Shown here: positions 48,446 through 58,913 of the stretch, piece after piece
Numbering within the stretch: position 1 is the first letter of the stretch
Layout: every line of letters begins with the position of its first letter
Origin: an uncultured Acidimicrobiales bacterium
GTDB taxonomy: Bacteria; Actinomycetota; Acidimicrobiia; Acidimicrobiales; CAWCAL01
Reading direction: 5' to 3'
DNA length: 64,000 nt
NCBI GenBank assembly: GCA_963697385.1
Contig: CAVONU010000006.1
Location: forward strand, 350,343 to 414,342
Translations under genes and position numbers: made by a program
The notes under the pieces: generated by a model
What the model saw: only the letters and a program-made list of their open reading frames with translations
The model's database searches: none
What the model was told of the DNA's origin: nothing

Positions 48446-48891
48446 AGGTTGCCGTATTGATGGGTTCGCCCAACGACAGCGACAAGATGGCCGCTGCGGC
48501 CGAGACGCTGGAGAAGTTCGGCCTCGAGGCCGACGTCCGTGTCATGTCCGCGCACCGGACCCCGCACGCGGTGGCCGCGTTCGCCGCCGCCGCGCGCGAC
48601 GACGGGTACGCAGCGTTCATCTGTGGCGCCGGCATGGCCGCTCATCTCGCCGGGGCCGTCGCCGCCCAGACGACCCTGCCGGTCATCGGTGTGCCGCTCT
48701 CCGGAGGCGGTATCGGCGGCGTCGATGCGCTCTACAGCACCGTCCAGATGCCCAAGGGCATCCCGGTGGCGACCGTGGCCATCGACGGGTCGATGAACGC
48801 GGCGCTGCTCGTAGTGCAGATGTTGGCCATCAGCGATGACGGACTCCGCCAGCAGCTGGCCGACCACCGGGACGAATTGGCCAGTCGCTAG
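48442..48891 (+). CDS. purE: 5-(carboxyamino)imidazole ribonucleotide mutase
   Basis: GTG 48442 overlapping the purD stop (GTGA). VAVLMGSPNDSDKM...VMSAHRTP...GAGMAAHLAGAVAAQTTLPVIGVP. Confidence 0.92.
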   Translation: MKVAVLMGSPNDSDKMAAAAETLEKFGLEADVRVMSAHRTPHAVAAFAAAARDDGYAAFICGAGMAAHLAGAVAAQTTLPVIGVPLSGGGIGGVDALYSTVQMPKGIPVATVAIDGSMNAALLVVQMLAISDDGLRQQLADHRDELASR

Positions 48892-48908
48892 CGGGGCAGA
48901 GGCCGGGG

Positions 48909-49610
48909 CTACTCGATCTCGAACGAGACGACCGACCCGGCGAGGTAGTCGTGCAGTGTGCGTCGCTGTGGTGCGAGGAAGACCATCACCGCGGAGATCA
49001 CCCACAACAAGCCGATCAACTGCGAGATCATCACGCCCACGGCTCGGGCGAGCGACCGGACGAGACCGATGTTGCCGCCGTTCTTGGGACTCACCACCCG
49101 GATGCCGGTCATCAGCTTCCCGGGGGTGCCCCCGAACAGGTAGACGAATCCGGCCTCGTACAGGAACGCCACGAACCAGAACCCGGCGATGAAGAGCCAG
49201 TTCGTCGTCGCCGACTCGATCCCGGTCGATTCGTCGATGGACCTCGACGTCAGGGACGAACCGCTGAGCCACATGAGGAACAGAACGGTGAACCCGGTGA
49301 TCAGCCCGTCGAGGACGCGCGCCCACCATCGGCGGAACGGGCCCGGCTCGGTGATGTACAGCTCGGCGTGCTGACGCGACGCCGGCGCCTTTCTGCGGAC
49401 CTTCTCTTCCTTCTCCGGATCCGAGCCCACCAGGCGCGGCCGCTGGTGCGGTCCTCGAACGCCGGCGGCCACGAGGGCACAATCGCGGCACAGCGGGGGT
49501 TCCTTGGCCCCGAACGGCCAGATGAGACACTGCGAGCAGTAGTCGAAGTGGCAGTCGCGACACTTCGCGACAGAAGGCTCGTGGGAGTGCCGAACGCATC
49601 CTACGGTCAC
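48909..49610 (-). CDS. RDD-family membrane protein with N-terminal Cys-rich zinc-ribbon
   Basis: GTG 49610 after ggaggagg. VAKCRDCHFDYCSQCLIWPFGAKEPPLCRDCA, then an RDD domain (FRRWWARVLDGLITGF...RRTLHDYLAGSVV). Confidence 0.75.
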   Translation of the reverse strand: MTVGCVRHSHEPSVAKCRDCHFDYCSQCLIWPFGAKEPPLCRDCALVAAGVRGPHQRPRLVGSDPEKEEKVRRKAPASRQHAELYITEPGPFRRWWARVLDGLITGFTVLFLMWLSGSSLTSRSIDESTGIESATTNWLFIAGFWFVAFLYEAGFVYLFGGTPGKLMTGIRVVSPKNGGNIGLVRSLARAVGVMISQLIGLLWVISAVMVFLAPQRRTLHDYLAGSVVSFEIE

Positions 49611-49755
49611 TGCGTGCCTCCTCCGAGCGACGGCGTCGCTTCTGCTTCGACTGGTTGCCGCTCCATCGGCAGGTGGCCGGGGGGTCTTGAGGATCTGCGG
49701 GCGTTCCGCCGGGCGATAGGGTCGGGCGCATGAGACCGGAAGCGGGACGACGACG

Positions 49756-51165
49756 GTGATTCCCAACGTCCTGGCCCAGCGGTACGCCAGCGCCGAGATG
49801 GCGGCCCTGTGGTCGCCTGAGCACAAGATCGTGCTCGAGCGCCGGCTCTGGATCGCGGTCATGCGGGCGCAGCACTCGCTCGGTGTCGCCATCGATCCCG
49901 CGGTCATCGACGACTACGAGCAGGTCGTCGAGAAGGTCGACCTCGATGCGATCAACGCCCGCGAACGGGTGACCCGCCACGACGTGAAGGCCCGCCTCGA
50001 GGAGTTCTGCGCTCTCGCAGGCCATGAGACCGCTCACCGGGGCATGACGTCGCGCGATCTCACCGAGAACACCGAGCAACTCCAGATCCTCCGCTCGCTC
50101 GAGCTCTGTCGTGACCGTGTCGTCGCTCTGTTGGTGGCGATGGTCTCACGGGCGTCAGAGTTCGCCGAGACCGAGCTGATCGGCCGGAGCCACAATGTCC
50201 CGGCACAGATCACCACGCTGGGGAAGCGGTTCGCCTCGGCCGCCGAGGAGCTGCTCGCCGGGTACGAACGTCTGCAATCGCTCATCGAGGCGTATCCCCT
50301 GCGTGGGCTGAAGGGCCCGGTCGGTACCCAGCAGGACCAGCTCGACGTGCTGGACGGCGACGCGGCGGGCCTGGCCCGGCTGGAAGAGGCCGTCGCCGAA
50401 CATCTCGGATTCTCGGCCACGATGCAGAGCGTCGGGCAGGTCTACCCACGATCGATGGATCTCGATGTCGTCGCGGCACTGGTCCAAGCGGCTTCGGCAC
50501 CGTCCAGTCTGGCCACCACCATCCGGTTGATGGCCGGCCAGGAGCTCGCCACCGAAGGATTCCTGCCGGGCCAGGTGGGCTCGTCGGCGATGCCCCACAA
50601 GATGAACGCTCGCTCGTGCGAACGGGTCAACGGTCTCAAGACCGTGTTGGGCGGCTACCTCGCCATGGTCACCGACCTGGCCGGGAGCCAGTGGAACGAG
50701 GGTGACGTCAGCTGTTCGGTGGTGCGACGGGTCGCGCTCCCCGATGCGTTCCTCGCCTTCGATGGCTTGTGTCTCACGATGCTGGCCGTGCTGCGCGGGT
50801 TCGGGGCCTACCCGGCGGTCATCGAGAACGAGCGGCGCGCCTACCTGCCGTTCGTCGCCACCACCCGCCTCCTCACCGCCGCCACCGCGAGGGGCATGGG
50901 ACGGGAACACGCGCACGAGGTGATCAAGGGTCACGCGGTCGGGGCCGCCCTCGATCGACGGGCCGGCACCGACGCCGATCTCCTGCAGCGCCTGGCCGAC
51001 GACCCGGAGTTCGTCCTCGATCGCGACGCCATCGACCTGGTCGTGGCCGGAGAAGGATTCTCCGGAGCGGCCGCCGACCAGGTCGAGCGCGTCGTCCAGC
51101 GAGTCGGCCGGGTGGCCGACCGCCATCCCCAAGCCGCCAACTACGAAGGTGAAGACATCCTGTGA
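49756..51165 (+). CDS. purB: adenylosuccinate lyase
   Basis: Signature GSSAMPHKMNARSCERV. 469 aa. Confidence 0.95.
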   Translation: MIPNVLAQRYASAEMAALWSPEHKIVLERRLWIAVMRAQHSLGVAIDPAVIDDYEQVVEKVDLDAINARERVTRHDVKARLEEFCALAGHETAHRGMTSRDLTENTEQLQILRSLELCRDRVVALLVAMVSRASEFAETELIGRSHNVPAQITTLGKRFASAAEELLAGYERLQSLIEAYPLRGLKGPVGTQQDQLDVLDGDAAGLARLEEAVAEHLGFSATMQSVGQVYPRSMDLDVVAALVQAASAPSSLATTIRLMAGQELATEGFLPGQVGSSAMPHKMNARSCERVNGLKTVLGGYLAMVTDLAGSQWNEGDVSCSVVRRVALPDAFLAFDGLCLTMLAVLRGFGAYPAVIENERRAYLPFVATTRLLTAATARGMGREHAHEVIKGHAVGAALDRRAGTDADLLQRLADDPEFVLDRDAIDLVVAGEGFSGAAADQVERVVQRVGRVADRHPQAANYEGEDIL

Positions 51166-52052
51166 CACCCGATCTCCCCCACCTCTACTCGGGCAAGGTT
51201 CGAGACATCTACGACGCCGGCGACGGCCGATGGCTCCTGGTCGCATCGGACCGCATCAGTGCGTTCGACGTGGTCATGGCCGAGCCCATTCCCGACAAGG
51301 GCCGGGTGCTCACCGGCCTCAGCGCGTTCTGGTTCGAGCAGTTCGCCGACCTGTGCTCCAGTCATCTGGTCTCCACCGACCTGGCCGACTTCCCGCCCGA
51401 GGCGCAGCTCCCCGAGCTGGCGGGGCGCACGATGCTGGTCCGCAAGGCCGAGATGTTGCCCATCGAGTGCATCGTGCGCGGCTACATCACCGGATCGGCA
51501 TGGAAGGAGTACCAGCGGGACGGGACCATGCACGGCGCGCCGCTCCCCGACGATCTCCTGGAGGCGTCACGGCTCCCGGAACCGGTGTTCACCCCGTCCA
51601 CCAAGGCCGAGGAGGGACTGCACGACGAGAACATCTCGTTCGGACAGGCCGTCGACCTGGTCGGATCCGAACTGGCGGAGCGCGCCCGCGACCTGTCCCT
51701 CACGTTGTACTCCCAGGGGTCGGCGCTGGCGGCTGAACGCGGCATCATCATCGCCGACACCAAGTTCGAGCTCGGCCTCATCGACGGAGAGCTGGTGGTG
51801 GCCGACGAGGTGCTCACCCCGGACTCGTCCCGCTTCTGGCCCGCAGAGTCGTGGGAGCCCGGCGCCACCCCGCCGTCGTTCGACAAGCAGCCGGTCCGCG
51901 ACTACCTCGACGGGCTGGACTGGGACAAGACTCCGCCGCCGCCCCCGCTGCCCGACACCGTGGTGACCGCAACCAGAGACCGCTACCGCGAGGCCTACGA
52001 GCGGGTCTCGGGCCGAGGGTTCGCCCAGTGGCCCGGTGCCGGTGGCCGCTAG
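51162..52052 (+). CDS. purC: SAICAR synthetase
   Basis: GTG overlapping the purB stop. LYSGKVRDIYDAGDGRWLLVASDRISAFD. Confidence 0.95.
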   Translation: MTPDLPHLYSGKVRDIYDAGDGRWLLVASDRISAFDVVMAEPIPDKGRVLTGLSAFWFEQFADLCSSHLVSTDLADFPPEAQLPELAGRTMLVRKAEMLPIECIVRGYITGSAWKEYQRDGTMHGAPLPDDLLEASRLPEPVFTPSTKAEEGLHDENISFGQAVDLVGSELAERARDLSLTLYSQGSALAAERGIIIADTKFELGLIDGELVVADEVLTPDSSRFWPAESWEPGATPPSFDKQPVRDYLDGLDWDKTPPPPPLPDTVVTATRDRYREAYERVSGRGFAQWPGAGGR

Positions 52053-52080
52053 GTCGGGAACGATGTGCGAGAGTTGAGCC

Positions 52081-52341
52081 ATGCGATTCGATGTCACTGT
52101 TGAAGTCCATCTCCGGCCGGGGATCGCCGACCCCGAGGGGTCGACCGTCGAACGGGCCCTGCCCACGCTCGGGTTCGACGGCGTGACCGATGTCAGGGTC
52201 GGGAAGCTGATCACCTTCTCGTTGGAGGCGGCGTCGTCCGAGCAGGCCGAATCCCAGGCCGCGGACATGTGCCAGCGGTTCCTGACCAATCCCGTGATCG
52301 AGGACGCCCGGGTCGCCGTGGCCGAGGGGCAACCGGCATGA
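52081..52341 (+). CDS. purS: FGAM synthase subunit PurS
   Basis: MRFDVTVEVHLRPGIADPEGSTVERALPTLGF. 86 aa. Confidence 0.9.
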   Translation: MRFDVTVEVHLRPGIADPEGSTVERALPTLGFDGVTDVRVGKLITFSLEAASSEQAESQAADMCQRFLTNPVIEDARVAVAEGQPA

Positions 52342-53039
52342 CCGCCACGATCGGGGTCGTGCAGTTCCCGGGTACGAACTGTGAGCTCGATGCCGTCGAG
52401 GCCCTCCGCGGTGTGGGCGCCGACGCGGTCGTCATCTGGCACGGCGACACCACCCTGCGCGACCTGGACGGGGTCGTTCTTCCCGGCGGGTTCGCCCATG
52501 GCGACTATCTCCGTCCGGGCGCCATCGCCCGATTCTCGCCCATCATGACCGCCATCCGGAGCTTCGCCGACGACGGTGGTGCCGTGCTCGGGATCTGCAA
52601 CGGGTTCCAGGTGCTCACCGAGTCGGGCCTGCTGCCTGGAGCGCTCCAGAAGAACGCGGGATTGAAGTTCCTGTGTGGTCCGACGACCCTCACCGTCAGT
52701 TCGACCGGTTCGGTCATCACGGCAGAAACAACGGTGGGCGCATCGCTGCGAATTCCCGTCAATCACTTCGAGGGGAATTACACCTGCGACGCAGAAACTC
52801 TCGCCGCGCTCGAGGCGGGCGACCAGGTCATCCTCCGGTACGCGGACAATCCCAACGGGTCGGTCGACGACATCGCCGGTATCTGCAATGCGACCGGCAA
52901 CGTGGTGGGGCTGATGCCGCACCCCGAACGCGCCGCCCACCGGCTGCTGGGCTCCGAGGACGGAGCGGTCCTGCTGCGGTCGTTCGTCGGAGCGACGAGC
53001 CGGGCGGCCCGTGCCGCGACGGTGACCAGCGCGGTCTGA
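52338..53039 (+). CDS. purQ: FGAM synthase glutaminase subunit
   Basis: ATG 52338 overlapping the purS stop (ATGA). IGVVQFPGTNCELD...GICNGFQVL...MPHPER. Confidence 0.93.
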   Translation: MTATIGVVQFPGTNCELDAVEALRGVGADAVVIWHGDTTLRDLDGVVLPGGFAHGDYLRPGAIARFSPIMTAIRSFADDGGAVLGICNGFQVLTESGLLPGALQKNAGLKFLCGPTTLTVSSTGSVITAETTVGASLRIPVNHFEGNYTCDAETLAALEAGDQVILRYADNPNGSVDDIAGICNATGNVVGLMPHPERAAHRLLGSEDGAVLLRSFVGATSRAARAATVTSAV

Positions 53040-53075
53040 ACCCTGCTGGAGGGTCAGTCCCCGACGGGAATCAGG

Positions 53076-53510
53076 TCAACTGCGGCGGGTGCGCGGAATG
53101 CCGGCCTTCTTGAGGACGGCCGGTTCGACGCCCAGTTCGCGCCAGGCGGAGTAGCTGATGCCCTTCCGTTCGCTGTAGCCGGCCGCGGCTGTTGTGAAGT
53201 CCTGCTCGAGCGCGCTCATGTCGACGGTCTCGCGCATGCCGGCCAACTCGTCGTCGAGATCGAGCCGCTCTTGAATGAGATCGAGGCGTTTGACGGGATC
53301 AGCGTCGGGAAGCAGCGTTTCGATGGTGTCGAGCCGCGCCGTGATCGACGCTTCGGTGCGCCGTCGGCCCCGCTTGGGCTTGTGGGCTTCGAGCGCTTCC
53401 AGATAGAGACGAATGGCCCGTCCCTGTGCTCGTCCTTCGGCCAATGCGGCTTTGTGTTCCGGCGTCATTGCGCCCTTCTTCGGTGGCATGGAGATCCCCG
53501 TTTCCGTCAT
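53076..53510 (-). CDS. hypothetical protein (basic N-terminus, helical)
   Basis: 144-aa ORF with good composition. PPKKGAMTPEHKAALAEGRAQGRAIRLYLEALEAHKPKRGRRRT...GISYSAWRELGVEPAVLKKAGIPRTRRS. Opposite strand, inside the pur cluster. Confidence 0.6.
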   Translation of the reverse strand: MTETGISMPPKKGAMTPEHKAALAEGRAQGRAIRLYLEALEAHKPKRGRRRTEASITARLDTIETLLPDADPVKRLDLIQERLDLDDELAGMRETVDMSALEQDFTTAAAGYSERKGISYSAWRELGVEPAVLKKAGIPRTRRS

Positions 53511-53627
53511 TGTCCTTCTTTGGATACAGCGAAGGGATCATACGCGGGAAATGCCCGAATAGCACCGTCACGACGGACCCGCCGCTCGGCGGGCGGGCCG
53601 GGCGCGGCTCGGTAGTAGATTCCGGAC

Positions 53628-55844
53628 ATGACCGAACCGATCCACCGGGCGCTCGGGCTGACCGACGACGAGCTCGACTCCATCGTCACCATCCTCGGCC
53701 GTGATCCGAACCATCTCGAACTGGCGATGTTCTCGGTCATGTGGTCCGAGCACTGCTCCTACAAGTCGTCGCGCATCCATCTGGGTCGGCTGCCCACCGA
53801 GGGAGAGCGCGTGCTGGTGGGGCCGGGCGAGAACGCGGGTGTGATCGACGTGGGCGACGGCATCGCTGCGGCGATCCGGATCGAGAGCCACAACCACCCG
53901 TCTGCGATCGAGCCGTACCAGGGTGCGGCGACCGGTGCGGGCGGCATTCTGCGCGACATCTTCACCATGGGAGCTCGACCCATCGCTCTGATGGACCCGT
54001 TGCGATTCGGTCCACTGGACGACGCCCGGTCGCGATGGATCGCCGAGGGGGTCGTCGCCGGTATCTCGGGTTACGGCAACTCGGTGGGGGTTCCCACGGT
54101 GGGGGGTGAGACGGTCTTCGACGACACCTACGCCGACAATCCGCTCGTCAATGTCCTGTGCCTGGGCGTGTTGCCCACCGAGCGGCTCGTCCTCGGTCAG
54201 GCGTCCGGGGTGGGCAATCTGGCCGTCCTGCTCGGAGCGACCACCGGGCGGGACGGCATCGGCGGCGTCAGCGTGCTGGCCAGCGCCGGATTCTCCGACG
54301 ACGAGGCCGACCAGCAGAAGCGGCCCAGCGTGCAGGTGGGCGACCCCTATGAGGAGAAGCGCCTCATCGAGGCGTGCCTCGATCTGCTCGACGCGGGCCT
54401 CGTCGTCGGGATCCAGGATCTGGGAGGCGCCGGGTTGACCTGCGCCACCAGCGAGACGGCCTCGCGCGGTGGGGTGGGGATGGACGTCGATGTCGCTGCG
54501 GTCCCCCTGCGGGAGGACGGTATGGATCCGTACGAGGTGATGACCAGCGAGTCACAGGAGCGGATGCTGGCCATCGTCGAGCCGTCGGGCCTGGCCGAGG
54601 TCGAGGCGATCTGCCGGCGGTGGGAGGTGCGGGCGACGGTCATCGGCACCGTCACCGAGTCCGATCGGCTTCGCATCCTCGCGGATGACGGCTCCGTGCT
54701 GGCCGACGTGCCGGCCTCGGCCCTGCACGAGGACGCTCCGAAGTACGACCGGCCCATGGCGCCGTCGGCCGATCGAGCCCAGCGCCAGGCCGCCGATCCC
54801 GATGGGCTTCCCGCTCCCGAGGATCTCGTGGCCGAGTTGGTCGCGTCCGCCGAGGACACGTCGTGGGTCTGGTCGCAGTACGACCACCAGCTCTTCCTCA
54901 ACACGGTCGAGGGCCCGGGCGGTGACGCGGTCGTCCTTCGCCTGAAGCACCCGACGACCGGTGAGGACACCGGCCGCGGGTTGGCGCTGACCACCGACGG
55001 CAATCATCGCTGGTGTGCGGTCGACCCCCGGATCGGCACGGCGATGTGTGTGGCCGAGTCGGTCATGAACCTCGCCGTCGTGGGCGCCCACCCGCTCGCC
55101 GTCGTCAACTGCCTCAACTTCGGGAATCCGGAACACGCCGAGGTGATGTGGCAGCTGTCCGAGGCCATCGACGGGATGAGCGACGCCTGCCGTGCGTTCG
55201 GCCTCCCCGTCGTGGGTGGCAACGTCTCGCTCTACAACGAGTCGCGGGACCGCAATATCGATCCCACTCCGGTCATCGGCTTGCTCGGCATGGTCGATCA
55301 GCTCGACCGCCCGCCACCCGGCGTCGGTTTGCAGGACGGTGGACGACTCATCGCCATCGGACCCGAGGCGTCGGGGCTGGCTGGTTCGGCGTTCGCGGCC
55401 CGGCACGGGGGGGCACGCCAGGGGGTGCTCGCGCCGCTCGACATGGAGCTGCACTCCCGGGTCGCCGGCGTGGTCCGTGAGCTGGTGGGTGACCACCTGG
55501 TGCAGGGTGCCCACGATGTCGCCTCCGGCGGTCTGGGCGGCGCGCTCACCGAGATGGCGGTGCAGTCCGGGGTCGGCGTGACGGTGGCGCGCATCGCCGA
55601 CCACCGGGCGCTCTTCGCCGAGTCGCCGTCGCGGGTCGTCGTGTGCGTCGCTCCCGAGGACATGCGCACGGTGCTCGATCGATGCGGACTGGCCGACGTA
55701 CCGACCACCCAGCTGGGCATGGCCACCGGTGATCGCATCGTCGTCAAGGGGTTGGTCGACGTCGCGCTGGACCAGGTGCGGGCCGCCGTGGCCGACCGGC
55801 TGCAGGACGCCCTCGGTCACGGGACCGTCCAGGGGCCTGCGTAG
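53628..55844 (+). CDS. purL: FGAM synthase II
   Basis: [15 protein letters not shown]...[18 protein letters not shown]. 738 aa. Confidence 0.96.
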   Translation: MTEPIHRALGLTDDELDSIVTILGRDPNHLELAMFSVMWSEHCSYKSSRIHLGRLPTEGERVLVGPGENAGVIDVGDGIAAAIRIESHNHPSAIEPYQGAATGAGGILRDIFTMGARPIALMDPLRFGPLDDARSRWIAEGVVAGISGYGNSVGVPTVGGETVFDDTYADNPLVNVLCLGVLPTERLVLGQASGVGNLAVLLGATTGRDGIGGVSVLASAGFSDDEADQQKRPSVQVGDPYEEKRLIEACLDLLDAGLVVGIQDLGGAGLTCATSETASRGGVGMDVDVAAVPLREDGMDPYEVMTSESQERMLAIVEPSGLAEVEAICRRWEVRATVIGTVTESDRLRILADDGSVLADVPASALHEDAPKYDRPMAPSADRAQRQAADPDGLPAPEDLVAELVASAEDTSWVWSQYDHQLFLNTVEGPGGDAVVLRLKHPTTGEDTGRGLALTTDGNHRWCAVDPRIGTAMCVAESVMNLAVVGAHPLAVVNCLNFGNPEHAEVMWQLSEAIDGMSDACRAFGLPVVGGNVSLYNESRDRNIDPTPVIGLLGMVDQLDRPPPGVGLQDGGRLIAIGPEASGLAGSAFAARHGGARQGVLAPLDMELHSRVAGVVRELVGDHLVQGAHDVASGGLGGALTEMAVQSGVGVTVARIADHRALFAESPSRVVVCVAPEDMRTVLDRCGLADVPTTQLGMATGDRIVVKGLVDVALDQVRAAVADRLQDALGHGTVQGPA

Positions 55845-55931
55845 GGCGCTCTGCGCCCGGGCAGGCCTTGGGAGGTGCGCTCCCGCTGAACTCCCGGCGA
55901 GGCCGCCGGCGCGACGCGACGCGCTCCGGCG

Positions 55932-57518
55932 ATGAGTGCGCGCCCGGTCCGGCGATGTGCCACGATGGCACCCGTGGTCACTCCCCCCGAACCGGTGGCT
56001 GACGATGACACCCCCAAGGAGGCCTGCGGCGTCTTCGGGGTGTACTCGCCTCGTCTGCCCGTGGCCCACCTGACCTATCTCGGTCTGTACGCGCTGCAGC
56101 ACCGAGGGCAGGAGTCGGCCGGGATGGCGGTCTCCGACGGCGACACCCTCACCGTCGTGAAGGACATGGGCCTGGTCTCCAACGCGTTCGACGATCGGAT
56201 GCTGGCCGCCCTCGACGGACACCTCGCCATCGGCCACACCCGCTACTCGACCACCGGGTCATCGGCGTGGCGCAACGCCCAGCCGGTCTACCGTGATGTC
56301 GGCGAGGTCGAGTTCGCTCTCGGTCACAACGGGAACCTGACGAACACGGCTGAACTGGCCGAGGAGACCGGGATGTTGCCCGGCACGATCACCAGCGACA
56401 CGGACCTGGTGGCCGAACTGCTCGAGGCCGAGCTGCTCAAGAGCGCGGAACCCAGCGCCGACGGGCGCGACCTCGAGCGGGCACTCAGCTCGGTGCTGCC
56501 CCGACTCGAGGGTGCGTTCTCCTTCGTCCTGATGGACGCCGGCCGGGTCATCGGGGTGCGCGATCCCAAGGGATTCCGCCCGTTGTGTCTGGGCCGGCTC
56601 GACAACGGGTGGGTCCTGGCGTCGGAGACCCCGGCCCTCGACGTGGTCGGAGCCAGCTTCGTGCGAGAGGTGGCGCCCGGCGAGATGATCGTCATCGACA
56701 CCACCGGCTTCCGCTCGATCCACCCGTTCGCCGACGACCGGATCGACCCCAAGCTCTGTCTGTTCGAGTTCGTCTACTTCGCCCGCCCCGACAGCCAGCT
56801 CTACGGCCAGAACGTGCATGCCGCCCGGCTTCGTATGGGCGCCCAGTTGGCCGACCAGGCGCCGGTCGACGCCGACATGGTGATGGGCGTACCCGAGTCC
56901 GGGATCCCGGCGGCCGAGGGGTACGCCCGCCAGAGTGGCATCCCGTTCGGGCAGGGGCTGGTGAAGAACCGCTACATCGGGCGGACGTTCATCGCCCCCA
57001 ACCAGGAGATGCGGGCGCTGGGCGTGCGCATGAAGCTCAATCCGCTGCGGGAGAACATCGCCGGCAAGCGGCTGGTGGTGGTGGACGATTCCATCGTCCG
57101 AGGGACCACGACCCGGGCCATGGTGCGCATGCTGCGCGAGTCGGGGGTCACCGAGGTCCACATGCGGATCTCCTCGCCGCCCTACCGCTGGCCGTGCCAC
57201 TACGGCATGGACACGGGGTCGAGGGGTGAGCTGCTGGCGGCCAACATGACCGTCGAGGAGATCCGTGAGTACCTCGAGGTCGACACCCTGAGCTACCTGG
57301 GCCTCGACCGGCTGATCGAGGCCACCGGTGCCACCAATGCCGGGTTCTGCGACGCCTGCCTCAGCGGCGTCTACCCCGTCGCCGTTCCCGAGAGCGACCA
57401 CAAGCATGTCCTCGAGGGCGAGCCGGTCTCGCCCCAACGAGCGGTGCCGGTCCAGCTGCTCGTCGAGTCCGAGCTCCCGGCCGACCAGGCCCGCAGCGGG
57501 GGCGTCGATGGCGGGTGA
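55932..57518 (+). CDS. purF: amidophosphoribosyltransferase
   Basis: KEACGVFGVY (N-terminal nucleophile Cys after a propeptide), LQHRGQESAGMAV, VVVDDSIVRGTT. The start could be 55965. Confidence 0.94.
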   Translation: MSARPVRRCATMAPVVTPPEPVADDDTPKEACGVFGVYSPRLPVAHLTYLGLYALQHRGQESAGMAVSDGDTLTVVKDMGLVSNAFDDRMLAALDGHLAIGHTRYSTTGSSAWRNAQPVYRDVGEVEFALGHNGNLTNTAELAEETGMLPGTITSDTDLVAELLEAELLKSAEPSADGRDLERALSSVLPRLEGAFSFVLMDAGRVIGVRDPKGFRPLCLGRLDNGWVLASETPALDVVGASFVREVAPGEMIVIDTTGFRSIHPFADDRIDPKLCLFEFVYFARPDSQLYGQNVHAARLRMGAQLADQAPVDADMVMGVPESGIPAAEGYARQSGIPFGQGLVKNRYIGRTFIAPNQEMRALGVRMKLNPLRENIAGKRLVVVDDSIVRGTTTRAMVRMLRESGVTEVHMRISSPPYRWPCHYGMDTGSRGELLAANMTVEEIREYLEVDTLSYLGLDRLIEATGATNAGFCDACLSGVYPVAVPESDHKHVLEGEPVSPQRAVPVQLLVESELPADQARSGGVDGG

Positions 57519-58539
57519 GACCTACCGGGGGGCCGGGGTCGACATCGATGCGGGTGACAAGGCGGTCGAGGCCATCCGCGACGCGGTCCGGTCGACCTAC
57601 CGACCCGAGGTGCTGGGCGACATCGGATCGTTCGGCGGCCTCTTCTCCATGCCCGACGGCTACGACGACCCGGTGTTGGTCGCCGCCACCGACGGGGTCG
57701 GCACGAAGATCCAGGTGGCCCGGGCCATGGACCGATGGGACACGATCGGCCTCGACCTGGTGGCCATGTGCGTCGACGACCTCGTGTGCCAGGGGGCCGA
57801 GCCGCTCTTCTTCCTCGACTACCTCTCGACCGGAGCGCTGGACCGCGACCGGGTCGCGGCCATCGTCGGCGGCATCGCCGAGGGCTGTCGGCAGGCCGGA
57901 TGTGCGCTGATCGGCGGCGAGATGGCCGAACACCCCGGTGTCATGGACGACGACGACGTGGAGCTGGTCGGCTTCGCCGTCGGGGTGGTCGACCGCGATC
58001 GGATCATCACGCCGCTGTCGGTGCGGGAGGGCGACGCGCTCGTGGCGCTGGACTCACCGAGCCTGCGATCCAACGGCTATTCGCTGGCCCGCCGGGTGTT
58101 TCTGGAGCGGGCCGGCCGAGCACTCGACGAGCCCGCGTTCGACGGGGCGACCACCACCCTCGGCGACGAGTTGCTGGCGCCGTCGGTCATCTACGCCCCG
58201 GCGATCGCCGCGATCCGACGCGAGGTCGATGTCCGGTCGATCGCCCACATCACCGGCGGTGGCATTCCCGGAAACCTCAACCGTGCCCTGCCGCCCCACC
58301 TCGACGCCGAGGTCGACACCGGATCGTGGGAATCCCCGCGCATCTTCGGCGAGCTCGCTGCGCTGGGCGAGGTGTCCGACGAGGAGATGGCCAACGTGTT
58401 CAACCTCGGCGTCGGCATGATCGTGGTGGTGGCCGAGGAGCAGGTCGGCCCCGCCGTCGCGGCGGCGGCCACGACCGGCCGTCGAGCCCGCCGTATCGGC
58501 CGGGTCATCCCGGGCGACGGCAGCGTCCAGCTGATCTGA
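57508..58539 (+). CDS. purM: AIR synthetase
   Basis: ATG 57508: MAGETYRGAGVDIDAGDKAV...ATDGVGTK...DDLVCQGAEPLFFLDY. Confidence 0.95.
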   Translation: MAGETYRGAGVDIDAGDKAVEAIRDAVRSTYRPEVLGDIGSFGGLFSMPDGYDDPVLVAATDGVGTKIQVARAMDRWDTIGLDLVAMCVDDLVCQGAEPLFFLDYLSTGALDRDRVAAIVGGIAEGCRQAGCALIGGEMAEHPGVMDDDDVELVGFAVGVVDRDRIITPLSVREGDALVALDSPSLRSNGYSLARRVFLERAGRALDEPAFDGATTTLGDELLAPSVIYAPAIAAIRREVDVRSIAHITGGGIPGNLNRALPPHLDAEVDTGSWESPRIFGELAALGEVSDEEMANVFNLGVGMIVVVAEEQVGPAVAAAATTGRRARRIGRVIPGDGSVQLI

Positions 58540-58593
58540 GCACGCTGGGGGTCAGGCACCCGCGTGCTCACCCGCAGGCTTCGTCAGCGGGTG
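58537..58593. terminator. hairpins between convergent purM and the zinc-ribbon gene
   Basis: tgagcacgc / gcgtgctca (9-bp stem), then cacccgc / gcgggtg (7-bp stem). Confidence 0.4.
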
Positions 58594-58913
58594 ACAGAGA
58601 CGTGGCACCAGGCGCGGTTTTCACAGGCCGGGCAGGTGATCCAGTGGCTGTGGCGGCGCAGGGGGTTCCACACCGAGAGCCGCAGGACCCTGAGGCCCAG
58701 GTCGGTCAGAGGGACCCGGGTGCGTTCCTGGCACCGGCTGCACGTGATGCGGGCCGTTCCGGACTTGGGTGGGCCGACGGAGAACAGGGCGTCCTTGCCG
58801 CTGCGGTCCTGCCCGTGGAGCAGATCGTCGGCGACGTCGATCGGGGCCTCGAAGAGCGCACGTTTGCCCGCCGGGTCCAGCCGGCGGCCTTCCGCGCCTG
58901 CGGAGCCGCTCAT
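58584..58913 (-). CDS. small zinc-ribbon protein
   Basis: From ATG 58913 (MSGSAGAEGRRLDPAGKRALFEAP...). Two CxxC pairs (ITCSRCQERT; ITCPACENRA). Its start overlaps the parA-like stop (ATGA). Confidence 0.65.
   Translation of the reverse strand: MSGSAGAEGRRLDPAGKRALFEAPIDVADDLLHGQDRSGKDALFSVGPPKSGTARITCSRCQERTRVPLTDLGLRVLRLSVWNPLRRHSHWITCPACENRAWCHVSVTR

Noticed and set aside
48442-48891. purE without an adjacent purK, and no purN or purH in the cluster
   Set aside because: Pur genes are often split over several loci, and their absence from a 64-kb window says nothing about the genome.
58569-58593. cacccgc...gcgggtg, identical to the tRNA-Gly acceptor-stem strands
   Set aside because: Only a 7-bp stem, with no D, anticodon or T arms around it. 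It fits a terminator hairpin between convergent genes and is coincidental.
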